A stretch of 64,000 nucleotides of DNA, from assembly GCF_009914755.1 (NCBI RefSeq), contig NC_060947.1, one strand, 5' to 3'. Source of the stretch: the human T2T-CHM13v2.0 reference genome, Homo sapiens. Positions within the stretch are counted from its first letter, which is position 1. Each line of letters starts with the position of its first letter. This document shows, piece by piece, positions 10,265 through 23,923 of the stretch. The notes beneath the pieces are model-generated. The model was not told where the DNA came from. It worked only from the letters and a program-made list of their open reading frames with translations, and did no database searches. Position numbers and translations under genes: made by a program.

Positions 10265-13200
10265 GTTAGGTATTTACTGTAGTATTCTCAGTATGTGCTT
10301 GTTTGTGCCGTCCCTCTTGGGAAGGGTTTCAAGACATTCAAACAGACTTGAATGTTGTAATCTAAACCATATGTACATTAAGGGGAACACCAAATTCAGT
10401 AATGCTGTGGTTCTTACAGATTCATGGAGGTACCACTTCTTGGACTAGGATATAATCTGGAAGAATTCTCTGGACTTCTCGAGAGAATCTTGTTTATTTT
10501 CCTTTCTTACTTTCAAACAAATGGAATCTCTCTTTCTATATGTTGAGCCACCTGTAGCTGGGTGTGGGGTGACACAAGCACCCCCATGGCCACCACCACT
10601 GGGACTGTTCTGGGTCAGACCTGAAGCCAGCACAGCACTGGGTTTTAGCAAAGACCTGTTGTAACTACTACCTGCTTACCACCTATGTTCATTCAAGGTC
10701 CTGAGGCTTTAAAATTAGCAGCTGCTGAAGCCAGCCAGACTTGTGTCTTTCCTTTCAGGGAAAACAGTGAGTTCTTCTAGGCCCTGGGCAGGTCCAGAGA
10801 TGCTGTCTCAGAGCCAGGGACTGGAGCCAAAAACTTAGGAATCTACCTGGTACTCTGTTCTACTGTGGCTAAACTAGCACTCAAACCACAAGACAAAGTC
10901 CTTCCGACTCTCCTCTCCCCTTTCCATAGTTAGAGGAGTCTCACCCCATGGCCACCATTACCACAGACCCTTGGAGAGTACTGTCAGGTTACCGTTGATG
11001 TTTCCATAAATTCCAAGAGTTCCTCAGTCATCTTGTGGTGAATTCTGCCAGGCCTGGGACTGGCCTTTTGGGGCAGTGGGCTCCCCTGTGGCCCAGAGCA
11101 TGTATGGAAAGACCATTCAAGAGCCAATGCTTTGAATCAGGGATCCCAAGCTCCCTCTTGGTGCTCTTCTACGCTATGATCTAGCTGGTATCTAAAATGC
11201 AAGATAAATTCCCCTTTACTTTTCCCTCTGCTTTTCTCAAGCAGGAGTCTATCCTCATAGCCACCAGAGCTGTGAATGTGCTGGGTCTCACCAGAAGCTT
11301 GCACACCTCAGAGTTTCACCCAAGGCCCATGGTGTGTAAAATTTGGATCTTGCTGCTGGTTATTCAGGAACAAAGACCCTTTGGTCAGCAGGTGATGAAT
11401 AGTGCCAGGACTTGGTTCTTCCCTTCAAGGAAGCAGGTTTTCTTCTGCTCCAGTGTGTTTCTAGAAATGTCCAGGATCTAGGGCCTGGAATGGGAGCCTC
11501 ACTACTCTGCCCAGTGCTATATCAGACTGTGGCTGAGCTGGTATTCAAGTTGCAAGACAAAGTCTTCTTTACTCTTTCCTCTCCTCTCCTCAAGGAGAAG
11601 GAAGGCATCATTTTCATTGCTGCAAGCTGAACTGTGAGGAATTTGTAGAGGGGTAGCACAAGCACTCTCTTAGCCACCCTGGTTATGTCTCACTAGGTCA
11701 TGTGCCACCTAAGCCCGCTATCTCCAAGTCCAGCTCAGCACTAGGGCTTGCCTAGAAATTACAGTCCTTGTGACCTAAACTGCCTTTTAAGTTTATTTAA
11801 GACCCCAGAGAAATTTTAGGCCATGGTGTCAAGGCTTGCTGAAACTCAAGTTCCTATCACTAGGATGGGTGAATCTAATCTCCTCTGCCTAGGGCTGGTC
11901 TAAATGCTCCCTCCATGGGTAGTTGTCAGCTGAGTTTAGCACAGTTTTGCTTTTCTGTGTGACAGGGAAGCACTGAATTCAATGCAATTTCTTACAGTTG
12001 TTGCACTTTGCCTTCCCCAAGTGAAGCGGATTCTCATGGCCACACAGCCACGGCCAGAGTATTCGGGAGGGGTAGCATCAAAAATTAAGACTCTCTTTCC
12101 TACCGCCTTTAGTACCTCTTTCAGTGATACGAAGTTAACACTATGTACTGTGATTGCTTACCTGATTTTTGGTTCTTATGAACGTCCTTTTTTTTGTGTA
12201 GATAATTATTAAATTTGGTGTTCCTGTGGAGGGTAAAATTGGTGGAGGTTTCTATTTAGCCTCCTTGTTCTGCCCCTTTGCTAGATGTTTATTTTCATGT
12301 ATAAGAGCAAAGTTAAGCCTGCCAGTTTTGCTATTGTACAGGCACATCTTTATAGAAAAAAATGTTGCGGAAGCTTTCTTTATGTGTATCATCTTCTAGC
12401 CTATGATAAACCAGAAGTAAAAGCTACCTTCCACAGCTTATTTTCCTGTTTGCAAAAAGGAAAGGCAGTGGCTAGTGCATTTCGAGGTTAAATAAAACAA
12501 TTCATAGTGTTGATTGGTGTTTATATAGTAACCTAAGAAAGATTAATTACAAAGAAAAATAAACAAAGAAATAAATAATAGTTAATTGTTTAATGTATAC
12601 CTAACTTATCACTCTTCATTGACCTACAACTAATAATTATTATTTAAAACAAACAAAATAGATTTTTAAAACCTGCTGCTTTATATGACTTTCATTTATC
12701 TAAAAACACATGGTTTACACAGTAACACTGAGATTCAATCTTTGATAAATCACCGACTAAGGAAGAAAAACTTCTGATTCTTCATGTTTTACTTTGCATA
12801 TAAATTGCCTCTTGAATATTTCCACATAAATCAGAATTATAATTTACAACCCAGAATAAAATGGACTAAATATATTTACTTATTCTTTCTCTGACAGAAA
12901 AGCTGCCTAAACAGAAACACCATTGAAGAAAAAAGAGATTGCAGTCTTCTCTGTTTCTGCCATGTTGAAGCTTGGATACATTGCTTTTGTGTCTTCTGTA
13001 GAAGAAATCATTTGATTTGTTTATTTCTTTTCTCTGCAATATGTGAAAAGTAAATGTTGGTGGTGTCTAGTTTATTTTAAAAAAAATAGTGCATTCCTCA
13101 ATGCAGTTGGAAGGGCTAAGATTTAAATAACATTGAAAATTATAACTGAAATAAAGCAGAATTCCTGACTTTTCTATTGTTCAGTAAGTTCTATTGATTT

Positions 13201-13339
13201 CCTCTGTGATATCTTTGGCAGGCAGAGTCTCCCTTCATTATTCTAAATTTGGTGAAATAAAAATTGTATTAGTTTTTAATAAAATTATGTATCTGGGTAC
13301 AGAATTTCTTTGGGTAGGAACTGTCAACAGTGTCTCTAC

Positions 13340-13454
13340 ATCTCTATGTATCTATGTATCTATGTATCTATCTATATCTATGTCTATATCTATCTGTCTA
13401 TCTATCTATATCTCCCCTATTAATTTTCTTTTTCTAGAGAACTCTAATTAATAT
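13340..13454 (+). repeat. (TATC/TATG)n simple repeat followed by an MLT2-like LTR 3' end
   Basis: TCTATGTATCTATG array then CCTATT...TCTAGAGAACTCTAATTAATA. Confidence 0.55.
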
Positions 13455-14049
13455 AGTGATGCATTTTGGACTGTGCTATAAAAAATATTAGGGGGCAGCC
13501 CATAGTGTAGCTCTATTTGTTGCCACTCTGGTTCTACTCAAGAAACTATTAGACTTCCTTCTCCCTTCATGTGGACTAACAGATGTTTTACACTTCCAGT
13601 TTATACATAAGTCTTACTTATTTGAAGTTTTCATTCAACTAAATGATTCCACTGATTACTTTCTATTTATAATAAATCTGTTAATCACTAGAGGGAACAC
13701 AGACACAAGTAAGATCATCTAGAGTCTCAAAATGCTCAGATACTAGCTGGGATGAAGTTGGAGGTGGATCTATAAGGTGGGAGTGGAAGGAAGGCTGATA
13801 AGTAAAAAAATGTAAAAATAAAAAATCCGGATGGAGACAAGTGGCACGTAAAAATGTTCAAAATGATATGGAAACAAATGAAGACATGATTGCATCTAAT
13901 TAGAGGGATCAAAAGTGCTTTCATTAAAGAGGTGGTGAGATACTATTGCAGAATTTTGACATGTGACATTCAGGGTGGGGATATAAGACATTCTAAAAGG
14001 ATGGAGTTAAATATACATGGACAAAGCAAAACATGAGGCAGAAAGCACC

Positions 14050-14720
14050 CAGTATGTCTGTGGTGTGATGCTTTGTAGAGAATCTAGCAGATTAGACAAT
14101 TAAAAGCCTGAAAATATAGTTTGAAACAAAATGAGAAGAGTCTTGAATAGAAAATTGAGGAATTCTGAGTTAATTTTATAATTAGCTGTGGAGAAATGAA
14201 TGTGTTTGAGTAGGTCAATACTTACTGAAAGGAAATTATGCTGATAGCAGGGTGGTATAATTTATAAGTTGGGAGGCAGAAGACATGGAGATCAGTTAAA
14301 AACCTCTTACAATAGCACATGACTGAGTCAATCAAGCCTGAATTTGAGTGGTGGCAGAGGAAACGGAGAAGAATAAAGAGTTTTTTTGTGGAAACTAAAA
14401 TCAATACAATTCAACAACTGTTTGGCTATAAGGAATAGTAGATAGGGTGGAATCAAAGATGATAAAGAGATCTCAAGCCTGGTTAGAGCTGTTAGAATAA
14501 ACTAAGTATCAGGAAAATGAATTACCTTGAGCACAAAAATGAGGATTTCAATTTTCAAAATGTTGAATTTGTTGTGCTCATGAGGTAGAAATAATCAGTG
14601 AAGCAGTTGGATGTGTAGGTCTCCTGATCTAGAGAGATGTTAGGACAGAAGATAGAGATGTAAGAGTCATTTACATAGAGGTGATAGTTGAAGCTATGGA
14701 TCTAGATATATTTTCTGATT
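14050..14720 (-). mobile_element. L2 fragment
   Basis: Typical L2 antisense text GCAGTTGGATGTGTAGGTC...GAGTCATTTACATAGAGGTGATAGTTGAAGCTATGGA. Confidence 0.7.
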
Positions 14721-15049
14721 AATAGATTCTAAAACAAAATGTGAATAAAATCTTAAGAAATATACAGAAGTAGTAGAATCCATATTGCGGGTAAGAGTCA
14801 TCAGGACATATCTAGCAAACGTCTAAATAGCTCATGCGATGGGCACACAAAGTGTATTTGTGTGAGTAAAATTTGAGGAAACAGCTCGGATAGAGTTTGG
14901 CATGTCCATCAAACTGGTGAGCTCTTCCAATAGTAGTCTTCTGTCAGGGAGGCTTAAAAACCCTATGCTTGATCCAGTAACAATACTTAGTTAATTTAGG
15001 TAATAATAATCTAAGTAAAACATTGTGTCCTCAGTATGAATTTTGAGAA

Positions 15050-15176
15050 GTGGTAAAGTCTACTTGTTAAGAATATAGTTTCTAGAGCCAAAGTGTGTGG
15101 GTTTGAATTCCTGCCTGTCACTTACTAGCTGGGTTACTTTGAGCAAGTATCTTAACTTCTCTGCTTCTTAGTATCT

Positions 15177-15222
<46 letters not shown>

Positions 15223-15645
15223 GACAGGGTCTGGCTCTGTCACCCAAGATGGAGCGCAGTGGCGCTATCTCGGCTCACTCCAACCTCTGTCTTTGGGCTC
15301 AAACCATCCTCCTACCCCAGCCTCTCAAATAGCTGGGACTACAAGAGTGCACAACCATGCCCGGCTAATTTTTGAATTTTTGGTAGAGATGGGAATTCAC
15401 CATGTTGACCAGGCTCGTCTTGAACTCCTGAGCCCAAGTGATCCACCCGCCTCGGCCTCTCAAAGTGCTGGGATTACAGGCGTGAACAACCACACCTGGC
15501 TGTCTTATTATCTTTAAATGTATAATTGGGAAAATAATACTACACCAGAAGTTAGTTGTAGTAATTTAAAAAGTTAAAATACAGTAAGTATATAAGACAG
15601 TTCTTGAGACTTGTTAAGTCCTTAACAAATGTTTGCCATTATTAT
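15050..15645 (+). mobile_element. MIR interrupted by an Alu
   Basis: MIR core GGGTTTGAATTCCTGCCTGTCACTTACTAGCTGGGTTACTTTGAGCAAGT; 3' half resumes after 15505. Confidence 0.8.
15179..15501 (-). mobile_element. AluJ-like with (TAA)n tail
   Basis: AGACAGGGTCTGGCTCTGTCACCC...GCTGGGATTACAGGCGTGAAC; (TTA)n at 15179-15220. Confidence 0.95.
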
Positions 15646-16189
15646 GTTTAGTCTCCTCACCCTAATTCAGTTAGATTGTCTGAGACCTATGGAGAGATCT
15701 TTCAATGAATGTTCTTTAAGATATAGACACACAAGAATAATTCTTAGGAATTTCTACAACAAATGGTAAAAGAAATAAGGAGTTACTCTTCATCACACTG
15801 CCATGCAAACCTTTTTAGCTTTGGCAACTGAAAGATAACTGTTGTGCCTAGCAGATCAAGTAGAAAGACTACAATAACCAGAAAAGCAGGGGCATCGTAT
15901 CAGTGGCAACAGTCTGTTCTATGGTACTGAAGTAATGCCTGCTGCAGTAGGCAGAGCGGCAACCATTAGAATTAGAGAACTACTGTACTTAGCTGAATGG
16001 CAGTGATTATTATGTAGCACCTAAGAGAATAATGCAGATACATTGGGAGTGGAGCACTCATAAGGTTTTCTAAAAAATTATCGGGGCACTCATTGTAGGG
16101 AGACTGGAGTAAACCTTGTCAGCAAATGTGATAACAAGATAGTGCAATTTGTGTTATATATATTTAGCAGGCTGACAGAGTAAGAGAAG

Positions 16190-16630
16190 CTGCAAAAGGA
16201 TACAGAAGAGTCAGTCAGATAGAAATGAGGAGAATATAGTATTATAGAAGGCAAAGTAAGAGAAATTCCTGGAAGTATGGCATTATCAACAGGGTCAAAT
16301 GCTGCAGAAATGTCAAGAAGAATGAATACCAACAAAGGTGATTGGATCCGGAAACCGGAAACTCATTTGTAGTATCTCATAAGGCAGTTTCAGTAGAGCA
16401 GTGGTGTAAAGAGACTGATTGTAATAAGCATAATTATAAACGGGTGGTGAGAAAGTGAAGAAAATTGGTGTGAAATCTTCTCTAGAGGAAATGTGGAACT
16501 ATGAAAAATAGACAAGATAGTACGTTGAAGAGGTGATAGGAGTTTGTAAATGATTTTTTGGTTTAGGAAGAGCTGAGCCATGTTTGTAGACACAGAAGGA
16601 AAACCTGACACAGGGAGATTTTAAAAATTC
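16190..16630 (-). mobile_element. L2 ORF2 reverse transcriptase fragment
   Basis: ILLDISAAFDPVDN in ORF 16090..16335 matches the L2/CR1 RT motif LLDLSAAFDTVDH. Confidence 0.8.
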
Positions 16631-16640
16631 AAGGAATAGG

Positions 16641-16953
<313 letters not shown>

Positions 16954-18279
16954 AAGGAATAGAAAGACTAATAAATAGAATATAATACCAAAGAGAGAGG
17001 CAGGTAAAAGCTTCATTATTTTATATGTATCTATTCTAGTGGAAAGGAACAGAGTCTCTCAATGACTAGTTCAAGTTATAAGCATAATGTAAGGAGACAT
17101 ATGCAGAAACATGTACTGAGACTCATAAAAAGCCCAAAAGACATTGGTCATATTTCACAGAGATAGGAATCATAGCATATTTCTGAGACTATATTATGGA
17201 CTGTCAAAGACTATTCTAGAAATCTCTGCAGCAATTTAGAATGGATTTTCAATTTAATGTTCAATTATTAATTTAACTCAGGTACTCTTCTGGTTTTGAT
17301 ATTTTATTTGTATCTATTCATGTCATATTCTATGCATTGATTTTTTTACCCCATTCAATATATTTCTTATTTGAGCTGATATTAACCAGATTTACTATGC
17401 ATAACTCACCATACCCCAATATCCCCAAATTTGTTTTTTTCACGAATTCATTTTGTGTGTAAGATTGATGTCCTACAAAATTAGCCCCAATTTACTCAAA
17501 ATTTCCGTGTGCTTATCATTTTGACCCATGAACTTTATTATTTCTCATGGTCCTTCTTGCCTTTTTGCCCCTCTTTGTGCATAGTTTCAGTCTTACTTCC
17601 CCATATTAACTATCCCATTCTCTTTGGACTCCTAGTTTAAGTTCCTTAAAACATAATCTGATTGGACCAGTTTATCTATATTTAGCCAGAATTATTTATG
17701 TTTTGTCATCTCATGGGCTACTGATTAGTATAGGAAATGGCTTTTCTTGGTCAAGTGACCATTTGTAGTCTAATCTCCTGTTTTGGCGTACTGGTTGTAG
17801 AGAAGCATAAAGTGAAACATCATGTGGGAAGAACATAATCAAGAAAAAACCAGGGGTCACTTCCTCCAGCAGGAGTCTTGCTCGCAATCGTGCGTAGAAT
17901 GAGCTTTGTCCTAGTAGGCATTATGCTTGGCTGATTGAAAACATCTGTGAATTAAATAAATTAACACAGAAAACCTAAATCTATTTCTGAAGTGATTTTG
18001 TCTTTTCCTCTTTATTTTCATCAATAGTGTCTTAGCTTACATATTATTTTCATCTCTTATTAGGACCTTTGCTAACTTGCCTAACTGTTTCTCATCTTTT
18101 CTTCATAATAACCTATTGTCCAAATTAATTTTTGAGTTTTATTTTAAAAAACACATAATAGATAACATAACTCTCCTATTCAATATATTTAATGTCAATG
18201 AAAGTTAGCATGTTGAAGTGCGATGTGTATTCTATTCACTTGACGTGTAGTTGTTTAAAAATGTTCTTCAAGTAATAGA

Positions 18280-18410
18280 TTACTGTTATCATCCTCCTTT
18301 ATACACAAGGATATTGATACTCAGAAAATTCAAATAATCTGAGCAGATGAATAAAGTTAGTAAGCGTTGCAACTGGAATGTAAACCAATATTTATTGATT
18401 CTGATACCAA
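18280..18410 (-). mobile_element. MIR fragment
   Basis: Degenerate ATCCTCCTTTATACACAAGGATATTGATACTCAGA MIR core in antisense. Confidence 0.5.
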
Positions 18411-18769
18411 TTCAATATTTATTATTTTAAACTCTATCCTACACAACTTTCCATTGTCTGCAGAAAGAAGTTCAACATTCCTACAAATTCATACATAGTT
18501 CTTGACAATTTTCCCCAAGCCACATTTAGAGGCTCATTTTTTTCCTCTTTCTCTCATCATGTGGCTACCCTTCAATATAATCATACTAAACTTCTTGCAG
18601 TTTCATAAATACACCACTTTAAAAATATATCTCCTGTTTATTCCAAACATCCTAGGCTGGAAATGTTCAAATGACAAAATTCAAAGTTATTTGTAGTGTG
18701 ATATTTTTAGTACTACAGTAACTGGAAATATATATCTCCAGATATTCCTTGCAACTACGGTTATGTCGG

Positions 18770-19709
18770 CTGTACGTAGACAGAATTCTAGCTGCTCTCT
18801 CTGGCCCCAAGATTTCATTCTTGGTTACTGAATCAAATATTAATCTAGGTATGGTTGCAAAGGCATTGTATAGGTGTAATTTAAGTCTTAAGTTAATGGA
18901 CATTAATATATGGTGATTATCTGAGTGAACACGACCCAATCAAGTGAGCCCCTCCTTTCTTTTAAAATATTTATTTGACAAAGATTGTATGCATTAGAAG
19001 TGTACAACATGATGTTTTGATATATGCATATATTTTGCAATAATTGTTGCAATCAAATAAATTAATACATCTATCAACACAGATAGGATCCATTAGGTTC
19101 CCAGAACATGATAGTCTTATAACTGGAAGTTTATACACTTTGACCATCCTTCATTCCCTCCAAACCCCAGCTCTTAGCACCCACCATTCTGCCCTCTGTT
19201 TCTGTAAGTTTGACTTTTTTAGATTCCACATGTATGTGAGATTATACAATATTTTTCTTTATGTGTCTAGCTTATTTTGGCTAGCATAAAGCAAAACATT
19301 TTGTTTAAATGTAGAAAAGAATATCGAAAGGCTTTGAAGCAGGAGAAAGATTTAATGGACTCACATTTCTGGCTTTGAAGAGGAGCAGGACCGTGTGCAA
19401 GGACTAGAGAGTGGCTTCTAGGATTTAAGAGTGACCCCTGACTGACAGCCATTAAGGAAATGTGGACCTATGTCTTACAACCTCATGAAGCTAAATTTTG
19501 CCAACAACCTGAATGAGCTAGAATTACATAGGTTTCCAAACCATCCAAACCTGAACTCAGACTGACATTTTGATGCCAGCCTTGTAATATGCTGAGCAGA
19601 GAAATCAACTATGACATGACAGATTTCTGAACTACATAAATGCGGGCTAAAAAGTGAATGTTGTTTTAAACCGTAGTAACTTGTTATGTAGTAATAGAAA
19701 GCTATCATA
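18770..19709 (+). mobile_element. MLT1 (E/F-like) LTR split by an L1 3' end
   Basis: MLT1 motifs GACTGACAGCCATTAAGGAAATG, TTTTGCCAACAACCTGAATGAGC and 3' TAATAGAAAGCTATCATA. Confidence 0.7.
18955..19290 (-). mobile_element. L1MA 3' UTR fragment
   Basis: T-rich start then GTGTACAACATGATGTTTTGATATATG...TTTTTAGATTCCACATGTATGTGAG. Confidence 0.8.
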
Positions 19710-19986
19710 GAGTCAAATTAAGTTTTACTAATAAGTTGCAGTTACGTAAGATTTGAGGGCTGAAATAAGGCATAGACCTTCCAAAATAACTTTTGCCATT
19801 TTCTGGCTGGCAAACAATGTATGTGAAGATTCTGTTGTTCAATTTCCAGTTTTAGCAATGAAAGTGGCAGTTACAGCAATAATAATGGACTAACATTTTT
19901 TAATCTGTTTATAAGCATCATGAGTGTTGAGAAAAATACAGGCTATCATGGTGGCTAGATTTCACATCTCATTTCCTAGACAGTCA

Positions 19987-20524
19987 TGTTCCCAGACAGG
20001 ACAAGGTTTGGCTGCTTGTTCTTGTGGTCCAATAACAAGACGCAGACAGACTGGGAAAGAAGGGAGTTTATTTCTGCAACTGGCTACAGACAGAAGGTTG
20101 GAGTAACTCACCAGACCAACTAAAAGTTACAAGGTTTTTCTTCAGTGCTCATATAAATTCAGACCATATGCCTATGTGTGAGAGTGCACCTGCAAGCCAA
20201 AGTGTTTCACCCTGTTTAATCTTTAACTAGGGGCTGGGATCTGAAAAATTACTTTAGAGCTTTGGAAGAATTACTTAATCTAAAGTGGATCCTGGTACAA
20301 GGTGTACAAAGTGTGTAAGAACTTTTCCATTATTTCAATCAAACTCTAAGTTCTGAGGAAGCCCAGGTGGGGTGTTAAATGCCTTGTTTTACATTCTAGC
20401 CTTTGTTCTAAGGTGCTAGTTTCTCCAGTTCTTTAGTGTTTAACTTACACTTTTATCAGAGTAACTGAAGGGTGTTGGTGAAGGCTGACCTCTCTGGTTC
20501 CTCATGGCGACCCGGCCTACCACA
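19987..20524 (-). mobile_element. Solo ERV1 LTR (MER87/MER72-like)
   Basis: TG...CA ends, TTTATT (antisense AATAAA) near 20067, flanks GTCA/GTTG consistent with a CpG-decayed 4-bp TSD. Confidence 0.7.
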
Positions 20525-21199
20525 GTTGTAGTAATTATAGTAGTAGTCATAGCTTCCTAAACATTCTTTCTAATCCCTGGATCATGGCTTCAATAAGATT
20601 ACATTAAAGCTCATGTTTTAGGGCCAAGCTTTCTGATTCCTTACCTTTGTGATTATGATGAAGGTAGTAGTGATTCTGACATATTTTCTTAGGAGTAGTA
20701 GGTATTGTTTCTGGAGGTACAGCCTTAATCTTTACTCTCTAATTCTTGCAGTAACCTCATAAATACTAAATTTATTATGTTCAATTTCTTTTTTTTAAGT
20801 GACTTCTATTACCTAAACTGAGCCCTGATTGATACTACAGTGCTTGATACTAGAAGTAATTATAGGCAATAAAACTTCAAAATTGGTAATCTAGTATTGG
20901 TTATCTGGCCTTGGCATGTATAAAGCTATGACAATCCTGTTACTATTGGAAAATGTATCACTGTTAGTTCATAGGACACAGTGGCAAATAGTTACGGTTT
21001 TACTGATAACTGTAATGAATAGCAATTGTGATAGACTGTTATTTTTGGAATGAATAATCTAGGTTTGAGGGTTAGATGTTTGTTTCTGACCGTAGTAGAG
21101 AGTTTAATGAAAGAAAATGCTGACTTCAGGCTTATAAAGTTTTGGCTTAGGATTTCTACCTTAAGTGCAGTGAACCTGCACTGGCTTATGGCAGAGATA

Positions 21200-21644
21200 A
21201 TGAAACAGAAATCTCAGTGACCATACACAACAAGGAATACAAACTTCGCAAAAATAGTTTGGAAAAATCACTGAACAAATGTATAATGGCATCTCTCAGC
21301 AAGCAAAAATATGCAATCCCTTAGGAATAAGAAAATATGATTTCCAGAATTGCCAAATTATGATATTCAAAATGTACAGTTCCAAACAACAGCAACAATA
21401 ATAAAATTACAAAGCATACCAAAAAAAAAAAAAAAGAAAAATGAAACACATAGCCCACTCACAGGAAAAAAATTGACAAAAACCATCTCTGAGGAAGCCC
21501 AAACATTTGCATTTATAGTAAAATACGTTAAATAAAATGTCTGAAATATGCTCAAAGAGCAAAAGGAAAGCATAGAAAATGAATTTAAGGTATTTGGAAG
21601 AACGATGTCTGAACAAACAGCAAACGTCAGAAAAGAGATAGAAA
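21200..21644 (+). mobile_element. Old L1 (L1MB-like) segment 1: 5' region and ORF1 start
   Basis: ORF1-like sequence ending ...NVRKEIE that resumes at 34231. Confidence 0.7.
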
Positions 21645-21687
21645 GAGCTTTCAGACAGTGGAACCTATGAAGGTTCCTGGAGGGTGG

Positions 21688-22086
21688 TGTATTAGTCCAT
21701 TCTCACACTGATATAAAGACGTACCTGAGGCTGGGTAATTTATTTAGAAAACAGGTTTAATTGGCTCATGTTTCTGTGGTCTGTACAGGCTTCTGTTCCT
21801 GGGGAGGCCTCAGAAAGCTTATAATCATGGTGGAAGGTGAAGGGGAAGCAGGCATTGTTTTCACATGGCCAGAGCAGGAGACAGAGAGAGAGAAGGGGGA
21901 GGTGCTACACACTTTTGAATAACCAGATCTCATGAGAACTCTATCATGAGACAGCACTAGGTGGATGGTGCTAAACCCATAGAAATCAACCCCATAATCC
22001 AATGACCTGCCACCAGGCCCCAACTCCAACACTGGGGATCGCAATTCAACATGAGATTTGAGTGGGGACACAGAACCAAATTATCA
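21688..22086 (-). mobile_element. MSTA-like solo LTR inserted in the MER21 R region
   Basis: TGTATTAGTCCATTCTCACACTG...GGGGACACAGAACCAAATTATCA; TSD GGTGG/GATGG. Confidence 0.92.
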
Positions 22087-22940
22087 GATGGCACACCTGG
22101 TGAGGGCATGAAAGCTTTGTACTCCTTTCCATATGCTTTGCCATATGCATCTTTTTATAAGATGCTAGCCACAGAGGTGAGCTGGCTTGGGTAGAATAAG
22201 GTTCCAACTGAGCCAGATAATTTCAGGTCATGACCGCCACACTTGGCCACATTTGTCCTGTTGGTTGAACCCAGTGGGCCTCTCTGCCATGGCCAATCTT
22301 TTGGGATATCCTTTATAATAAGATGGAAGATATAAGTAAATGTTTCCCTGGGTTCTGTAAGCTGATCTAGCAAATTGATCGAACCAAAGGAGGGGGTTAC
22401 GGGATCTCTGATTTATAACCAGTTGGTAAGATGTACAGGTAAAACAACCTGGAGCTTGCAATTGGCATGTGGAGGGGGAATACAGTCGTGGGGATTGAGA
22501 CCTCAGCTTGTGGGATCTGAGACTATATTCAAGTAGACATTGTCAGAATAGAACGGAATTAGAGGAAACCTAGCTGATGTGAACTGTAGAAGTGATTGCT
22601 AGCTTGTTGGTGGAGAGAAATCCCCACACATTTTGTCACAGAAGTCTTCTGTGTTGATTGTTGTTGATGAGAGAATAGAAACTGCACTTTGAGTTTGTGT
22701 GTGAGTTTTTTCTACTCTCAACTGAGTCAGTGAAATGGGGTTTACTAGAAGAGTCCTGGCTCACAGAAACAGATGGTTTGGGACGAGAAAGAATAAAAGG
22801 GTGGTGATAAGGAATCTTTGATTCCTTAGGGGACATGTGGTCACCATGGTTTGGAGCCATGGATGTGCTGCAATTAGTTACTAAAGGTAAAATTTACCAG
22901 TGGAATTCAGAGATGAACCTAGCTCCCATGGACTTGGTTC

Positions 22941-23537
22941 TGTAAACCAAAAATAAAATAATAAGGTTCCCCCAACCATATACATGAATTACTCTCTTTG
23001 GCCAAGGGAATTCCAAAGTTAACCTGAGAAACTTGTTCAGGCCATGATGGTAAGGTGAAGCCAGACATGACTCATTACACCCTCCTCCCTTTTGGAACTA
23101 CTGATAGAACAGATTCTTTAAGTCTAATAAGAGATATTTACAATCTATTCTGTCTGAAGCCTGCTACCTGGAGGCTTCATCTGCATGATAAAACCTTTGT
23201 CTCTAAAACCCCTTATCATAACCCAGACATTCCTTTCTATCAATAATCGCTCTTCCAACCAATTGCCAGTCAGAAAATCTTTGAGTCCGCCTATGACTTG
23301 AAAGCCCTCCACTTCCAGTTGTCCCCCCTTTCTGGACCAAACCAACGTACATCCTAAATGTATTGATTGATAACTTATTTCTCCATAAAATGTGTAAGAC
23401 CAATTTATGGCCAGACCACCCTTGGACACATGTTCTCAGGACCTCCTGAGGGCTGTGTCACAGGCCTTTGGTTACTCATATTTGGCTCAGAATAAATCTC
23501 CTCAGAGATTTTACAAATATTAAATTTTTTCACAACA
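22941..23537 (+). mobile_element. MER4-family solo LTR
   Basis: TGTAAACCAAAAATAAAA start, CATATTTGGCTCAGAATAAA, ends ACAACA; TSD GTTC on both sides. Confidence 0.9.
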
Positions 23538-23923
23538 GTTCACTAGATGCATTAAAAAATACAACCTATTAGTTAAAAAAAAAAAAAGCAAAACATTCAA
23601 GCCCTTGGTTGTTATCTGTGAAAGCTGAAATGAAACTAAAAGAGAGTACTGAGTAAGACCTTTATTCTATCACAAGCACAGATTTCAGTGAGTCTGAGCT
23701 TTAGCCACTAGCCTCTAAGCTGATGCCCAAGGTAAAAATTATGCAGGGACAACAGACAGTACTTCTAAGACCTGTGGTTACTAAGAAGGTAGTCAATGTG
23801 GGGGAAGGGAAAAACCAAGTAATGATTGGAACCAGTGGGTATAGTGTGAAAAAAAATTGTTTCATTTTGTAAATCTGTATCATCAAATTTCTGAGAAGCC
23901 TTTACTAAAATGGATTGTGAGAG

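Larger units (their letters stand above)
8401..12277 (-). mobile_element. Old L1 (L1MA/L1PB-age) 5' UTR and start of ORF1, interrupted by LTR12
   Basis: ORF1-like SDTEIKIAVFKKL...EINLKNQTEIMELKD at 8444-8800; minus-strand 5' end GGGGCAGAACAAGGAGGCTAAATAG resembles the L1 start near 12277. Confidence 0.8.

Noticed and set aside
9621-10448. Cluster of overlapping GC-rich ORFs resembling a CpG-island gene start
   Set aside because: Almost entirely inside LTR12 U3; GC-rich DNA has few stop codons.
20530-21160. Faint resemblance to an ancient ERVL LTR end plus internal start
   Set aside because: Too degenerate to call by eye; needs a Dfam HMM search.
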